NCBI GenBank assembly: GCA_963666365.2
Contig: CAXXNF010000001.1
Span: 896,001 to 960,000 of the forward strand
DNA from: Syntrophales bacterium
GTDB lineage: Bacteria > Desulfobacterota > Syntrophia > Syntrophales > UBA2210
Direction of reading: 5' to 3'
Length of the DNA stretch: 64,000 nt
Part shown: positions 29,795-39,630 of the stretch, one piece after another
Layout: each line of letters starts with the position of its first letter
How positions within the stretch are numbered: position 1 is the first letter of the stretch
Made by a program: the position numbers and the translations under genes
Notes under the pieces: model-generated
Told to the model about the DNA's origin: nothing
Database searches by the model: none
Seen by the model: only the letters and a program-made list of their open reading frames with translations

Positions 29795-29873
29795 GGAGTT
29801 ATTTTCAACGAATGGACGCGTAAAATGATTTTTTCCACTTGAATCCTTGACTCCTGTCCATTGGAATCCTTAT

Positions 29874-32576
29874 TTACACGAGCGGCCTTCCGCCGTTCAA
29901 CTTTTCATAGACGCCGATATATTGGGCGATCATGTTGCCGAGATCGTATTTCTGCCTCGTTTCCTTCATGATCCTCTTCAGTTGCGGAACCCGTACATCG
30001 AGAGGCGTCTGATGAAAACGCAGGCTTTTCTCCAGCCCGTATAACAGCCCTCCCGGATCGTAATCCCGGAAGAGGAAGCCGTTGCCTACATCCTGCGGCG
30101 CGCCGTCAATGCGCAGTCTCAGTTCGCGGATCTTGTCGTGGTACCCTCCCGTATCACGGTTGGTTGCCGTGGCGCCGCAAAGGTTTCCCACCTGATCGAT
30201 TTGCCCGCAGGGTTCGTACAACGATGCGCCGAAGACATCACTGGCGGCGGCAAATCCGAGCATGGAGAGATCTTCGCGATAGGGGTGATAGGCGATTCTG
30301 CCTCCCGAAACCCAGGCAATCCTTCCCAGAACCTCTTCATGAAACCGATCATTCCCGACGCCGTTGGCCACAATGGCGCACTGCACATTTGGATGCTCCA
30401 GGGCAAATTTGAGAAGAGCCTCCTCAAGCAGCTCGACCCCCTTCTGAACGGGATCCAACCGAGAAGGCCAGTAAAAAAGCACCGCCTCGGGATTTACCGT
30501 AAGCCCCAATCGCTTTTGAAACTCCACAAGGTTCTCTCTCTTCGCCGCCATAATATCGTCGTCGGGACCGAACTTCCTCACAAGATGCGCGCAGTATTCC
30601 GGATACATCGTCCGCGACGGCGCATTGATGATGGCAAGGGCTGAACCGACGGCATATTTTTGCTTTACCTCCTGCCTTACGCTGAAAGGAATAAAATGGT
30701 GATCGGTAAAGTAATCATGGACCACCTCTTCGAGGAACCGCTGCCCCACAAAATTGATGAGGGTTGCATTTTTAATCGCCGTGGCCTGACAGTCGACAGC
30801 CCGTTGCTGCTGATTTTCCGAGAAATAGAGATACTCGGAAAGCTCACCCATATCTATGCCGAAGAACATATCCAGGGGAACGTGGCCGGTGAAGCTGTTA
30901 TGCAGTGTATGGAGCAGCGGAATTCCCCTTGCTTTTACATAGGCAGCCACCGCCCCCCCCGCCATCCAATCATGGGTGTGCACCACGAGTCGTCCCTTGC
31001 TCTTGGCACTGACCTCCTTGATGATGTTTTGCATGACTTCTTTTTGAAACTCGGCGGCATTCAATACGGTATCTCCGGCATAGGCCCCCGGAAGATCGGC
31101 AAACACGGCGGAGGTCACCAGATGAATCCGCCCCGGATCGATACTATAGCGTATTTCCCGCCACTCGTCCTCGTCGATTTTAGATTCCAGCTGAAACCGC
31201 TTTTTGAGATTGAGCGTAGCCAGATGGACGGCGATATTACGTTCGTTCAGCCCCTCGCACAAGGCGGAGACGACCTCGCCCAACCCTCCGCTCTTTCCCG
31301 AAATATAGCGGGCCAGAGGCCCCATGTCATCGGGGAGCCTTCCGCTTTCGGGGGCAATGATAAGCACTGCCGTTCTCTCACTCTTTTTTAATATTTCGAA
31401 ACGGCCTAATGCGGCTTCGAAATCGTCGATCTTTCGCGTCACCACATGGGCCGCCTGTGTAACGGAGCCCCCGTAAGGATTCGAGCAGAGATGAACGGCA
31501 TCATTGCACGTTTTTTCACGAAGAAAACAGACGTGGTCCGATGTGGTCAGACGCCGCCACTGGGTCAGCAGCTCCCCCCCCGCTCTTCGGGCCCTGCCTT
31601 CGAGGTCTTCGATATTCTTGAACAGTTCATATTGAGTGATCGATCCCAGCCATCCGAAGGTATCCTGCGCGGCATCTGTCCGGGATAGAGCGACTGACCC
31701 GGGAATGTCTATTTCAGGACACTCTGCCTCCCCGAATCGCTCTGCAATCTCCGAGGGAGTGCTCAGGACCACATTCTCATGGGCTGCCAGTGCCCGCGGA
31801 AGATTGCGCCAGAAGGAGAATATGCCCGTATCTTCCCATATATGTTCTCCGATATGCTCAAAATCATAGCCGAGAAGCACTGCAAAACCATCGGTATCGG
31901 CAATACTTTGGGCATATTGCTCCGGCGACAACTTCCGCCGTGAAAATCTGAAGGCTACCTCATTGCTGAGTGCGCGATGCCGCGGAAGCACGACAAGATC
32001 GCTCCCTTTGGCACGAAAAACGGTCCGGGGCTCCAGGTAAGTCATACCATCCTCTTCGAGCATAGCGCCCCGTTCTTCGCATAGGATCACCCGGTAGCCC
32101 ATTTCCGCAACCGCCTGGGCGATGTGGTTGTCGTATATGAGCGCCGTATTGCAGAAGGCGGTGGGACGGATGCCGAAAAACTGCCTCATGGCATCCCGAT
32201 GGAGCGACACCTGATCCCTGAATTCCTGTTTTTTCGGATCGGCAAACAGCCCCGCCAGGGAATGGTAGTAGGTTTCATCGAGAAACTCGACGCGCACTCC
32301 CTGCCCTCCGGCATCGAAGAGGCGCTGCAGGGCCTTGATGACGTCGGGATTGTAGCGATCCGCCTGTTCGAGAAAGGTCCCCGACATGCCGAGGGTTACC
32401 TTGAACTGCTCTTCCGCGGCAACAATCTCTTCAAAGAGCCGGATCGCCGGGAGATAGCACTTGGTCGCCACCCGGAGGAACATGTCCCGGTTCATCTCTT
32501 CCCAGAGAAACGTATCCCGTTCGGGATGGAGCCTGAAAGGCTGATGTAACTGAAGATAGAACGTCACCAACGGCAT
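29874..32576 (-). CDS. GH57 (alpha-amylase-like)-GT5 (glycogen synthase) fusion
   Basis: N-half: QLHQP, ETYYHSL, NTALIY, DFEHIGEH, TSDH; C-half: KSGGLGEV, HTHDW, SRLDPVQKG, SLYEPCG, TGGYHD. Confidence 0.85.
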   Translation of the reverse strand: MPLVTFYLQLHQPFRLHPERDTFLWEEMNRDMFLRVATKCYLPAIRLFEEIVAAEEQFKVTLGMSGTFLEQADRYNPDVIKALQRLFDAGGQGVRVEFLDETYYHSLAGLFADPKKQEFRDQVSLHRDAMRQFFGIRPTAFCNTALIYDNHIAQAVAEMGYRVILCEERGAMLEEDGMTYLEPRTVFRAKGSDLVVLPRHRALSNEVAFRFSRRKLSPEQYAQSIADTDGFAVLLGYDFEHIGEHIWEDTGIFSFWRNLPRALAAHENVVLSTPSEIAERFGEAECPEIDIPGSVALSRTDAAQDTFGWLGSITQYELFKNIEDLEGRARRAGGELLTQWRRLTTSDHVCFLREKTCNDAVHLCSNPYGGSVTQAAHVVTRKIDDFEAALGRFEILKKSERTAVLIIAPESGRLPDDMGPLARYISGKSGGLGEVVSALCEGLNERNIAVHLATLNLKKRFQLESKIDEDEWREIRYSIDPGRIHLVTSAVFADLPGAYAGDTVLNAAEFQKEVMQNIIKEVSAKSKGRLVVHTHDWMAGGAVAAYVKARGIPLLHTLHNSFTGHVPLDMFFGIDMGELSEYLYFSENQQQRAVDCQATAIKNATLINFVGQRFLEEVVHDYFTDHHFIPFSVRQEVKQKYAVGSALAIINAPSRTMYPEYCAHLVRKFGPDDDIMAAKRENLVEFQKRLGLTVNPEAVLFYWPSRLDPVQKGVELLEEALLKFALEHPNVQCAIVANGVGNDRFHEEVLGRIAWVSGGRIAYHPYREDLSMLGFAAASDVFGASLYEPCGQIDQVGNLCGATATNRDTGGYHDKIRELRLRIDGAPQDVGNGFLFRDYDPGGLLYGLEKSLRFHQTPLDVRVPQLKRIMKETRQKYDLGNMIAQYIGVYEKLNGGRPLV

Positions 32577-32594
32577 ACCGCAATCACCTCTCTT

Positions 32595-35500
32595 TTATGC
32601 CCAGTGTACGAGGCCCAATTCCTGATTACAGAAGAGATCGGGGTGAAAGGGCATCACCCTGATGCCGTACAAAAACCGTCCTGATTTTGTCGCCCTGTAG
32701 ACGGCCGAGTACCGCACGGTCCCATCGCTCTCGCCTTCGGAAGCCTTTTCCATGGGGATAACGGAGGAGTGCATCACATCTCCCTCCTCGGCCTCTTCCA
32801 TCACCACCAGTTCCACTCGCACTTCATCTTCGGACAGTTTGCCGTAATCCACACCGGCATTGACCTCAAGTTCTTCTCCCATGTCGAGGCGGTCGCCTCT
32901 GAACCCTTTCGTTTTAAACCACCGGATATGATCGCTAGAAAACCTCGAGGCGATCTTCTGTTTCCAGTCGGCCAGCTTTCCGGCCCTTTCATAGTCATTG
33001 GCCGCAAGGATAACGGCCCGTTTCACCGCGGGGAGATACATAGTATCGTAGTATTCCCTCACCATTCGATGCGTATTGAACCGCGGCACGAGTTTTTTTA
33101 TCGATTGCTTCATCATACAGACCCACTGGTCGGGTATTTCCTTCCCGTTTCGACTGAAAAAGGTGGGAATGACGGAACGTTCCAATACTTCATAGAGCGA
33201 TATGCTGTCTGAACTGTTTTGCGCCTCCAGGTTGTGGTATTCCCTCCCCTCGCCAAAGGCCCACCCGACATCCTCTTCAAAGGCCTCATCCCACCAGCCG
33301 TCAAGAATGCTGATGTTGAGACCGCCATTGGCGATTACTTTCATACCGCTTGTTCCGCTTGCCTCTCGCGGCCTCCAGGGATAGTTGAGCCAGGCATCGA
33401 CACCCTGGACGAGGCGCCGTGCGATTGCCATATCATAATTCTCGATAAAAAAGATTTTATCGAAATAGCGCGGATCCATTGCATATTCATAGATCCTTTT
33501 GAGCAATGCCTGGCCGGCCTCGTCGTTTGGATGGGCCTTGCCGGCAAAGATGATCTGAACGGGCCGTTCTTCATTGTCCATGATGCGCACCATTCTGTCT
33601 TCATCTTCGAATATCAATGGCGCCCGTTTATACGTGGCAAAGCGTCGGCTGAATCCTATCAAGAGGGCGTCGGGATTGAGAAGCGCAGTTTTCTCCTCAA
33701 TCAGCTGGGGAGAAATTCCCTGTCTTTCACAGGTGCAGGCGATTGTCTGTTTCAGCGAATCGACCATTTTCTTCTTCAGGTGCTGATGAATCTGCCACAA
33801 TACGGGATTGGGGATTTCGTCGATCTTGTCCCAGTTATACCTGTCAAAATTCCTTGAATACCAATCGACGCCAAGATATCGCTCGTAGCATTCCTTCATT
33901 TCGGGAGCGACCCATGACTGCATGTGGATGCCGTTGGTGACGGTTCTGATCGGTATTTCATCTATCTCGAATCCCGGCCACACCCCTTTCCACAGCTTTC
34001 TCGACACCCTTCCATGGAGGAGGCTGACCGCATTGGAACTGCAGGAGAGCTTAAAGGCAAGAACGGACATAAAAAAAGGCTTTCCCGGACCCGGCTCCTC
34101 GCGACCCAGTTCCCAGAACTGGTCCCATGAGATCCCCAGGGCCTTGACATACTCGGAAAAATAACTTTTCATCAGTGTTTCTTCAAACCGCTCGTTTGCC
34201 GCCTCGACAGGACTGTGAGTTGTAAACACTGACCCCGCTTTCACCACCTCCCGCGCCTCGTGAAAGGCAAGCCCCTCTTTCTCCATCAAGCTTCGAATCC
34301 TCTCCAGAAGCAGAAAGGCGCTGTGCCCTTCGTTCAGGTGGTAGAGGGCGGGGGCAATGCCCAGCTTTTCCAGAAGCCGCACTCCCCCGATTCCAAGCAT
34401 TATCTCCTGTTCGATACGCAACCTCTGGTCACCGCCGTACAAGCGTGACGTAATATTCATATCCTGGCTGCTGTTCTCGGGTATGGCCGTATCGAGAAGA
34501 TAGAGCGTGACCCTCCCCACGGCAACCTTCCAGGCCTGGGCATAGAGTTTTCTTCCGGGAAGCCCCACGTCTATCTTTAGAGCCTCTTCACTTCTCCCGC
34601 CGGTATCGCAAATCCTCACGGGCATGCGGGAAAAATCGTTTTCCGGATAGAGGGCATGCTGGACTCCCTCCTTATCGATCTGCTGATAAAAATATCCGCT
34701 TTTATACAAAAGCCCTACCCCCACAAGGGGAATGCTCAAACTGCTTGCCGATTTCAGGTGATCCCCCGATAATACGCCAAGACCTCCGGAATAGATCGGA
34801 AGGCTCTCATGAAGGCCGTATTCGGTGGAAAAATAGGCAATCGGGTGCTTCGCGGTAATAAAAGAATTATTGAACTCGCTCGACTCCGCCCTGTTCTGGA
34901 GGGTATCCACCAGGGAGAGCGTCTGGCGGTACAGACGCATATAGGACTCATTTTCGGCCATTTCCTGCAATCGGCCGTCGCTGGCCCGCTCCAGAAGTTC
35001 TATGGGGTTATGGGCCACCTCTTCCCACAACTGGGGATCGAGCCGTGCAAAAAGGTCGTGGATTTCCGGATTCCAGGTCCACCAAAGGTTGTAGGCAATA
35101 TCCCTCAGGTACTTGACGTTATCGGGCAATGTGGCAACGACACTGAAATTACGAAACCGGGGTTGCAGAGAGTCGGTTCCCGCATAGGTGACTTCAAGGC
35201 CGTAGGCGCTTGTGTCAAGTCCCGCAATGCGATGCTGAGCCGCTTGCACCGCCAGTGCATAGGCATCAAGGTAGGCTGAATAAAAGGTATCCCAATCTGT
35301 CTTCTCCGCAATGAATCGCGCCTGCTTCCTCTGGGCATCCCGTTCCTCGTCGGTCCAGGACAGGAGGTCCTTGATGTGATTTTTCAGGTTTTCAACGATC
35401 TCACCATGGGATTTGCCCCGGTAGTCGAGAACAATGACCCCTCTGTTGTGATCGTCAATGGTGTTTCTGACCCATATGCCGAATCCCGAAAGATCGGTGG

Positions 35501-36869
35501 TGACCGTAGGAACGCAGTGAGAAGCGCTCTCAAGCGGGGTATATCCCCAGGGTTCGTAATAGGAGGGAAAGACCCCCAGATCGCAGCCGCTCAGCACATC
35601 ATAATAGGGCGTGTTGATGAGTCCGTCATACCCGTCAAGATATACGGGCATAAAAATGATCTTGACCGGATCATCGGGACTGTTCATCAGATTCAGCGTA
35701 CTGCACATATTCCATATGGGATCATGCTGGGGATCGGCCAACTGATGCGTGCAGACCCTTGAAATGCCTGTTCTCTGCACCTCTTCCCCCTTTAAGAGGC
35801 GACGGGTTTCGTCGGAAATCCCCAAATGCCCCCCGATGACGCTTACAATTGCCACGATCTTTCTGTTCGTCTCTCGCCCCTTCAGATCGTCCTTCACCCC
35901 CTTCAATGACTCGAGAAAAATATCTATTCCCTTGTTGCGGAACTCGTAGCGCCCCGAGATAAGAAGGATTTTCGCAGTATCGATGTCGATTGTTTCCTGG
36001 AGAAACTGAGCGGCAAAATCGATCACTATCCCCCGCGCTCGTAAAACAGACTCCTTGTGTTCCACACAGTCGGGGATATTGCCGATATTAATGCCGTTAT
36101 GAAGAACCACCTGGGGACGCCGCCTGAGGAAATGGGTGGCTTCGCCGGCCGTGATGTCGCTGACCGTGGTAAAGCAGTCCGCCTCACGCGCCGTGGCAGT
36201 TTCCAGTGAATGCTTTGCGGTGACATTCATTTTTGCCGCCATTTCCGCAGGGGAAATGGCTTCGATATCGGTATAGATATCGACGCCGTTACCCGCAAGC
36301 GATCGGCCGAGCATGGTGGCGTGGGTGGTAAACACAGTGGCAATTTCAGGAATCTTTTTATTGATATAAAGCATGCCGGCGCCGGTCATCCATTCATGAA
36401 ACTGGGCGACCACCACATCGCCTTTCCTGGTAAGCCGCTCATAGAGGATCTCGATTATCTCGCCGGCAGCCGTGCTGAAGAGAACCGGTTCGATGTAATC
36501 CCAGCCTCCGGACATGGAATCCACACCATGCTCCTTCCAAAGCTGGTAGAGAAGCGCATCGACCTGATAGGCGTCGTTATGGTTCACCAGCACCACTCTC
36601 GGCGCCCCGGGGGCCTTATTCCAGCGGCCGCACCGGCAGATCAGGTTTTTCTGAATTGCCCGGTCCTTCACACCATTCCAGATGTCTTCATTAGTTTCCT
36701 CAAATTCAGGGTTGTCCCCCACATCGGGACCGATAAGCACATATTTGTCGCCGAAGCACTCGACGGCATGACCGGTCTTCGTTTTTAAAACCGTGTTAAT
36801 GCCGCCCACCTTGTTGCATACCTCCCAACTGACTTCGAAAAGGCAGTGTGCCGTAGATTGTTCATTCAT
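32595..36869 (-). CDS. GT3 glycogen synthase-GT35 alpha-glucan phosphorylase fusion
   Basis: N-half: FEVSWEVCNKVGGI, FHEWM, FTTHAT, GRYEFRNKG, PSYYEPWGYTPLE; C-half: YSGGLGVLSGD, HLNEGH, RRFATYKR, AGKAHP, EASGTSGMK. Confidence 0.92.
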   Translation of the reverse strand: MNEQSTAHCLFEVSWEVCNKVGGINTVLKTKTGHAVECFGDKYVLIGPDVGDNPEFEETNEDIWNGVKDRAIQKNLICRCGRWNKAPGAPRVVLVNHNDAYQVDALLYQLWKEHGVDSMSGGWDYIEPVLFSTAAGEIIEILYERLTRKGDVVVAQFHEWMTGAGMLYINKKIPEIATVFTTHATMLGRSLAGNGVDIYTDIEAISPAEMAAKMNVTAKHSLETATAREADCFTTVSDITAGEATHFLRRRPQVVLHNGINIGNIPDCVEHKESVLRARGIVIDFAAQFLQETIDIDTAKILLISGRYEFRNKGIDIFLESLKGVKDDLKGRETNRKIVAIVSVIGGHLGISDETRRLLKGEEVQRTGISRVCTHQLADPQHDPIWNMCSTLNLMNSPDDPVKIIFMPVYLDGYDGLINTPYYDVLSGCDLGVFPSYYEPWGYTPLESASHCVPTVTTDLSGFGIWVRNTIDDHNRGVIVLDYRGKSHGEIVENLKNHIKDLLSWTDEERDAQRKQARFIAEKTDWDTFYSAYLDAYALAVQAAQHRIAGLDTSAYGLEVTYAGTDSLQPRFRNFSVVATLPDNVKYLRDIAYNLWWTWNPEIHDLFARLDPQLWEEVAHNPIELLERASDGRLQEMAENESYMRLYRQTLSLVDTLQNRAESSEFNNSFITAKHPIAYFSTEYGLHESLPIYSGGLGVLSGDHLKSASSLSIPLVGVGLLYKSGYFYQQIDKEGVQHALYPENDFSRMPVRICDTGGRSEEALKIDVGLPGRKLYAQAWKVAVGRVTLYLLDTAIPENSSQDMNITSRLYGGDQRLRIEQEIMLGIGGVRLLEKLGIAPALYHLNEGHSAFLLLERIRSLMEKEGLAFHEAREVVKAGSVFTTHSPVEAANERFEETLMKSYFSEYVKALGISWDQFWELGREEPGPGKPFFMSVLAFKLSCSSNAVSLLHGRVSRKLWKGVWPGFEIDEIPIRTVTNGIHMQSWVAPEMKECYERYLGVDWYSRNFDRYNWDKIDEIPNPVLWQIHQHLKKKMVDSLKQTIACTCERQGISPQLIEEKTALLNPDALLIGFSRRFATYKRAPLIFEDEDRMVRIMDNEERPVQIIFAGKAHPNDEAGQALLKRIYEYAMDPRYFDKIFFIENYDMAIARRLVQGVDAWLNYPWRPREASGTSGMKVIANGGLNISILDGWWDEAFEEDVGWAFGEGREYHNLEAQNSSDSISLYEVLERSVIPTFFSRNGKEIPDQWVCMMKQSIKKLVPRFNTHRMVREYYDTMYLPAVKRAVILAANDYERAGKLADWKQKIASRFSSDHIRWFKTKGFRGDRLDMGEELEVNAGVDYGKLSEDEVRVELVVMEEAEEGDVMHSSVIPMEKASEGESDGTVRYSAVYRATKSGRFLYGIRVMPFHPDLFCNQELGLVHWA

Positions 36870-36935
36870 AGTGTTTCAATTTCCCTTTATGGACATTGTT
36901 ATTGTCATATGTTGTTATTTTTGGCGTCCCTCTCT

Positions 36936-38180
36936 CTATACTGCCAATAGCCGATAAATCGCAACAACATCTTCGGCCGCCCGCCGCCGGCTGAGCACGG
37001 CCATATCTTCCCGGCAATTCCGGATAATCCGATTGCGCATATCGTCATTATAAAGTATTGCAAGACTCTCCGTCGCCCATGCATCGGTTTCCCAGTAATC
37101 GATCGCCGGGGCCCTTTTCAATATCTCGGTTACGCCGGACTGCCGTGAAAGTATCACAGGCACATCGCACATGACCGCTTCAAGTGCCGTGATACCGAAA
37201 GGCTCCGACAGGCTGGGCATCACATACAGGTCACTGGCGGCATAGATGCGCGCCACCTCGGGGCCATCGAGAAAACCGGTAAACCGCACATGATTCTCCA
37301 GGTTCAGTGAAACCGTTTTTTCCTTGAGATGGGCGGTCAGATCTCCATCCCCTGCAATGACAAATCGAATCTCGGGATCCATCTCCACTATGTGCCGGGC
37401 CATTTCAAGAAAATACCCGGGACCTTTCTGTGTTGTCAGCCTCCCGAAAAAAAGCACCTGTTTCCGGTCATTAGACCTGCGGGTTTCTTTTCCCCGTTCC
37501 ATGGCGGAGACGGCGTGGTACACTACTGATATTTTTTCGGGAGTGATGTCGTACTGCTCCACAATCTTTTTCTTCGTATAGGCACTCACGGCAATGATAT
37601 GGTCGGCGGTTTTCATGCCAAATCGCTCGATCCCGTACACCCGCTCATCAATGCGCAGAGGAGTTCTGTCCGATTCAAGTGAATGGACGTGCACGACCAG
37701 GGGGACGCCTCGCATCTCCTTTGCGGCAATTCCCGCAGGAACGGCCATCCAATCGTGCACATGAATAATGTCGAATTCTTCCTCCCTTGCAATGCTCCGG
37801 GCCCTTTCCGCGTATCGCGATACTTCCCGATAGATGTCTTCTCCGTATCGTTCCGCTGCAGGGATGCGCTGCACCGTCCCTTCAGCGGACCCTTTGTCGG
37901 TGCGGTAAGAACCATCGGTCATGTAGGGACCGAGCAGAACACCCACGGGCTTCGTGCGCATGATGCCCCTTTCCCCGTCCTTGCCGTCACAAGAGCCGAA
38001 GGAATCGGACCCACCGACTATGCGAAGTCCGTCCGTTTTTGCATCGATCGGCTCTCCCGGCATGACAAAGAGGATATCCATACCGGCATCGACAAGTCCT
38101 TTCGTCAACCCGTAACAGGCCGTCCCCAGCCCGCCGCTCGATGACGGTGCAAATTCCCATCCGAACATCAACACCCTCAT
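36936..38180 (-). CDS. GT4-family glycosyltransferase (alpha-glucan synthesis associated)
   Basis: MRVLMFGWEF..GGLGTAC, HVHDW, FGRLTTQKGP, MPSLSEPFGITALEA. Confidence 0.88.
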   Translation of the reverse strand: MRVLMFGWEFAPSSSGGLGTACYGLTKGLVDAGMDILFVMPGEPIDAKTDGLRIVGGSDSFGSCDGKDGERGIMRTKPVGVLLGPYMTDGSYRTDKGSAEGTVQRIPAAERYGEDIYREVSRYAERARSIAREEEFDIIHVHDWMAVPAGIAAKEMRGVPLVVHVHSLESDRTPLRIDERVYGIERFGMKTADHIIAVSAYTKKKIVEQYDITPEKISVVYHAVSAMERGKETRRSNDRKQVLFFGRLTTQKGPGYFLEMARHIVEMDPEIRFVIAGDGDLTAHLKEKTVSLNLENHVRFTGFLDGPEVARIYAASDLYVMPSLSEPFGITALEAVMCDVPVILSRQSGVTEILKRAPAIDYWETDAWATESLAILYNDDMRNRIIRNCREDMAVLSRRRAAEDVVAIYRLLAV

Positions 38181-38246
38181 ACCCTGCACCTCTCGGAATC
38201 CCGCGCACAGGTCGCGAGAAGATCGCACCTGATGTGCGTTTCTTTA

Positions 38247-39341
38247 TTAAGCCGCTCCCGTGTGTGAAGAAATGCCCCCCGAGGTCCGTGATGTGTCTGA
38301 TGAGGACAGGGAAACCAGCGGCCGTCCCTGAATATTCGACATTCCCACCGCCTTGAGGAATCGTTCCGTTACCCGTTCGGCCTTCTGTTTCCTTTGATCG
38401 GGAGACAGCCCCGAAAGGGTCACTTTTCCTCCCGCCGCCTTTTCATGCCCTCCGCCGACACCAATCCCCCTCAGGATTCTGAGCGCGATTTTTCCGGCCC
38501 ACCATCCGCGACGGGATGTTCTCACCGAAATTATCAACTCCTCTTTATACTCTCCCATCGTGAGGACCCACCGGATATTTTCCATCTTGAGCAGAAAATC
38601 GGCCATCTCGGCGGCTACGTCGGGATTATTGACCTTTCCGATATCTGAAATAATGACATCCTGATACTGCACTGCATTGTGAATGGCGTCGATGAATTTT
38701 ATATAATAGGATTTGGGCATGCGGGGGCTTTCGATCGCGGCAAGGGTGCGGGAAGAAATACGCGGAAAAAGATAGTTAAACGCGTCAAGATCCTGTTTCG
38801 TTGCGGAACGGCTCAACCACCCCGTATCCGTTTTTATCCCATAGACAAGCGCAGTGGCAAGTCTGCGGTCAGGCGCCAGCTCCAGTTCTCTCATATATTC
38901 CGTAAGAATAGTGGATGAACTTCCATAATCGGGGCGCACATCATAGAAGAGGCACCGCTTTGTCTCTTTTCTCAGAGGATGGTGATCGATCACAACATCG
39001 GGAAGTATGTGGCGGGGCACATCGTTATTGCCGGTTCGCGGTTGACTGTCTACCAGACATATGAATGTGAAACCCTTGAAATCAATCTCCCTTATGTTGG
39101 TTAATTCGATGTGAAGCCTCCGAATCATCTGACGGTTTTCGGCCCGCCCCACAATGCCTCCATATCCGATTACTACCTTACATTTCAGCTGATGTGAAAA
39201 GATGCTCTTCAGGGCTGCTGCAGCGGCGATCGTGTCGGGGTCGGGATTATTGTGACACATGACAAGAATATTCCGCCTCCCCTCCGCCTGTGAAAGCAGA
39301 CGGTGAACAGGGTGCTCATTCTTTTCCTCACTGGTACCCAT
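38247..39341 (-). CDS. DHH/DHHA1 family phosphoesterase
   Basis: HNNPDPD, LVD, IDHH, GIKTDT, GGGH; start could be 39350. Confidence 0.88.
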   Translation of the reverse strand: MGTSEEKNEHPVHRLLSQAEGRRNILVMCHNNPDPDTIAAAAALKSIFSHQLKCKVVIGYGGIVGRAENRQMIRRLHIELTNIREIDFKGFTFICLVDSQPRTGNNDVPRHILPDVVIDHHPLRKETKRCLFYDVRPDYGSSSTILTEYMRELELAPDRRLATALVYGIKTDTGWLSRSATKQDLDAFNYLFPRISSRTLAAIESPRMPKSYYIKFIDAIHNAVQYQDVIISDIGKVNNPDVAAEMADFLLKMENIRWVLTMGEYKEELIISVRTSRRGWWAGKIALRILRGIGVGGGHEKAAGGKVTLSGLSPDQRKQKAERVTERFLKAVGMSNIQGRPLVSLSSSDTSRTSGGISSHTGAA

Positions 39342-39630
39342 GGCGCACATCCCCTTCCGTCAATGAGTGTAGACGATCAGCATAACAAAAAAGACAGGCC
39401 AGCTCAAACAGAAAGGAAGGACCTCATGTCTCCTCCCGTCAATGGGCGTCTCCGTTTTCTTATCGGTTCCTTACGACCGCACATGGGCATCGAAAGAAGC
39501 TGCTTCATGTCCCTGCGCGCCTGTGCAGAAAGAGAACCTATCCCATAATCAACCGAAGATTGGCGCTTTTTCGTTTGTCATGCTCACTCATTTTGTGCAT
39601 AATACAGATTAAATTTCGGATCGGGGCACT

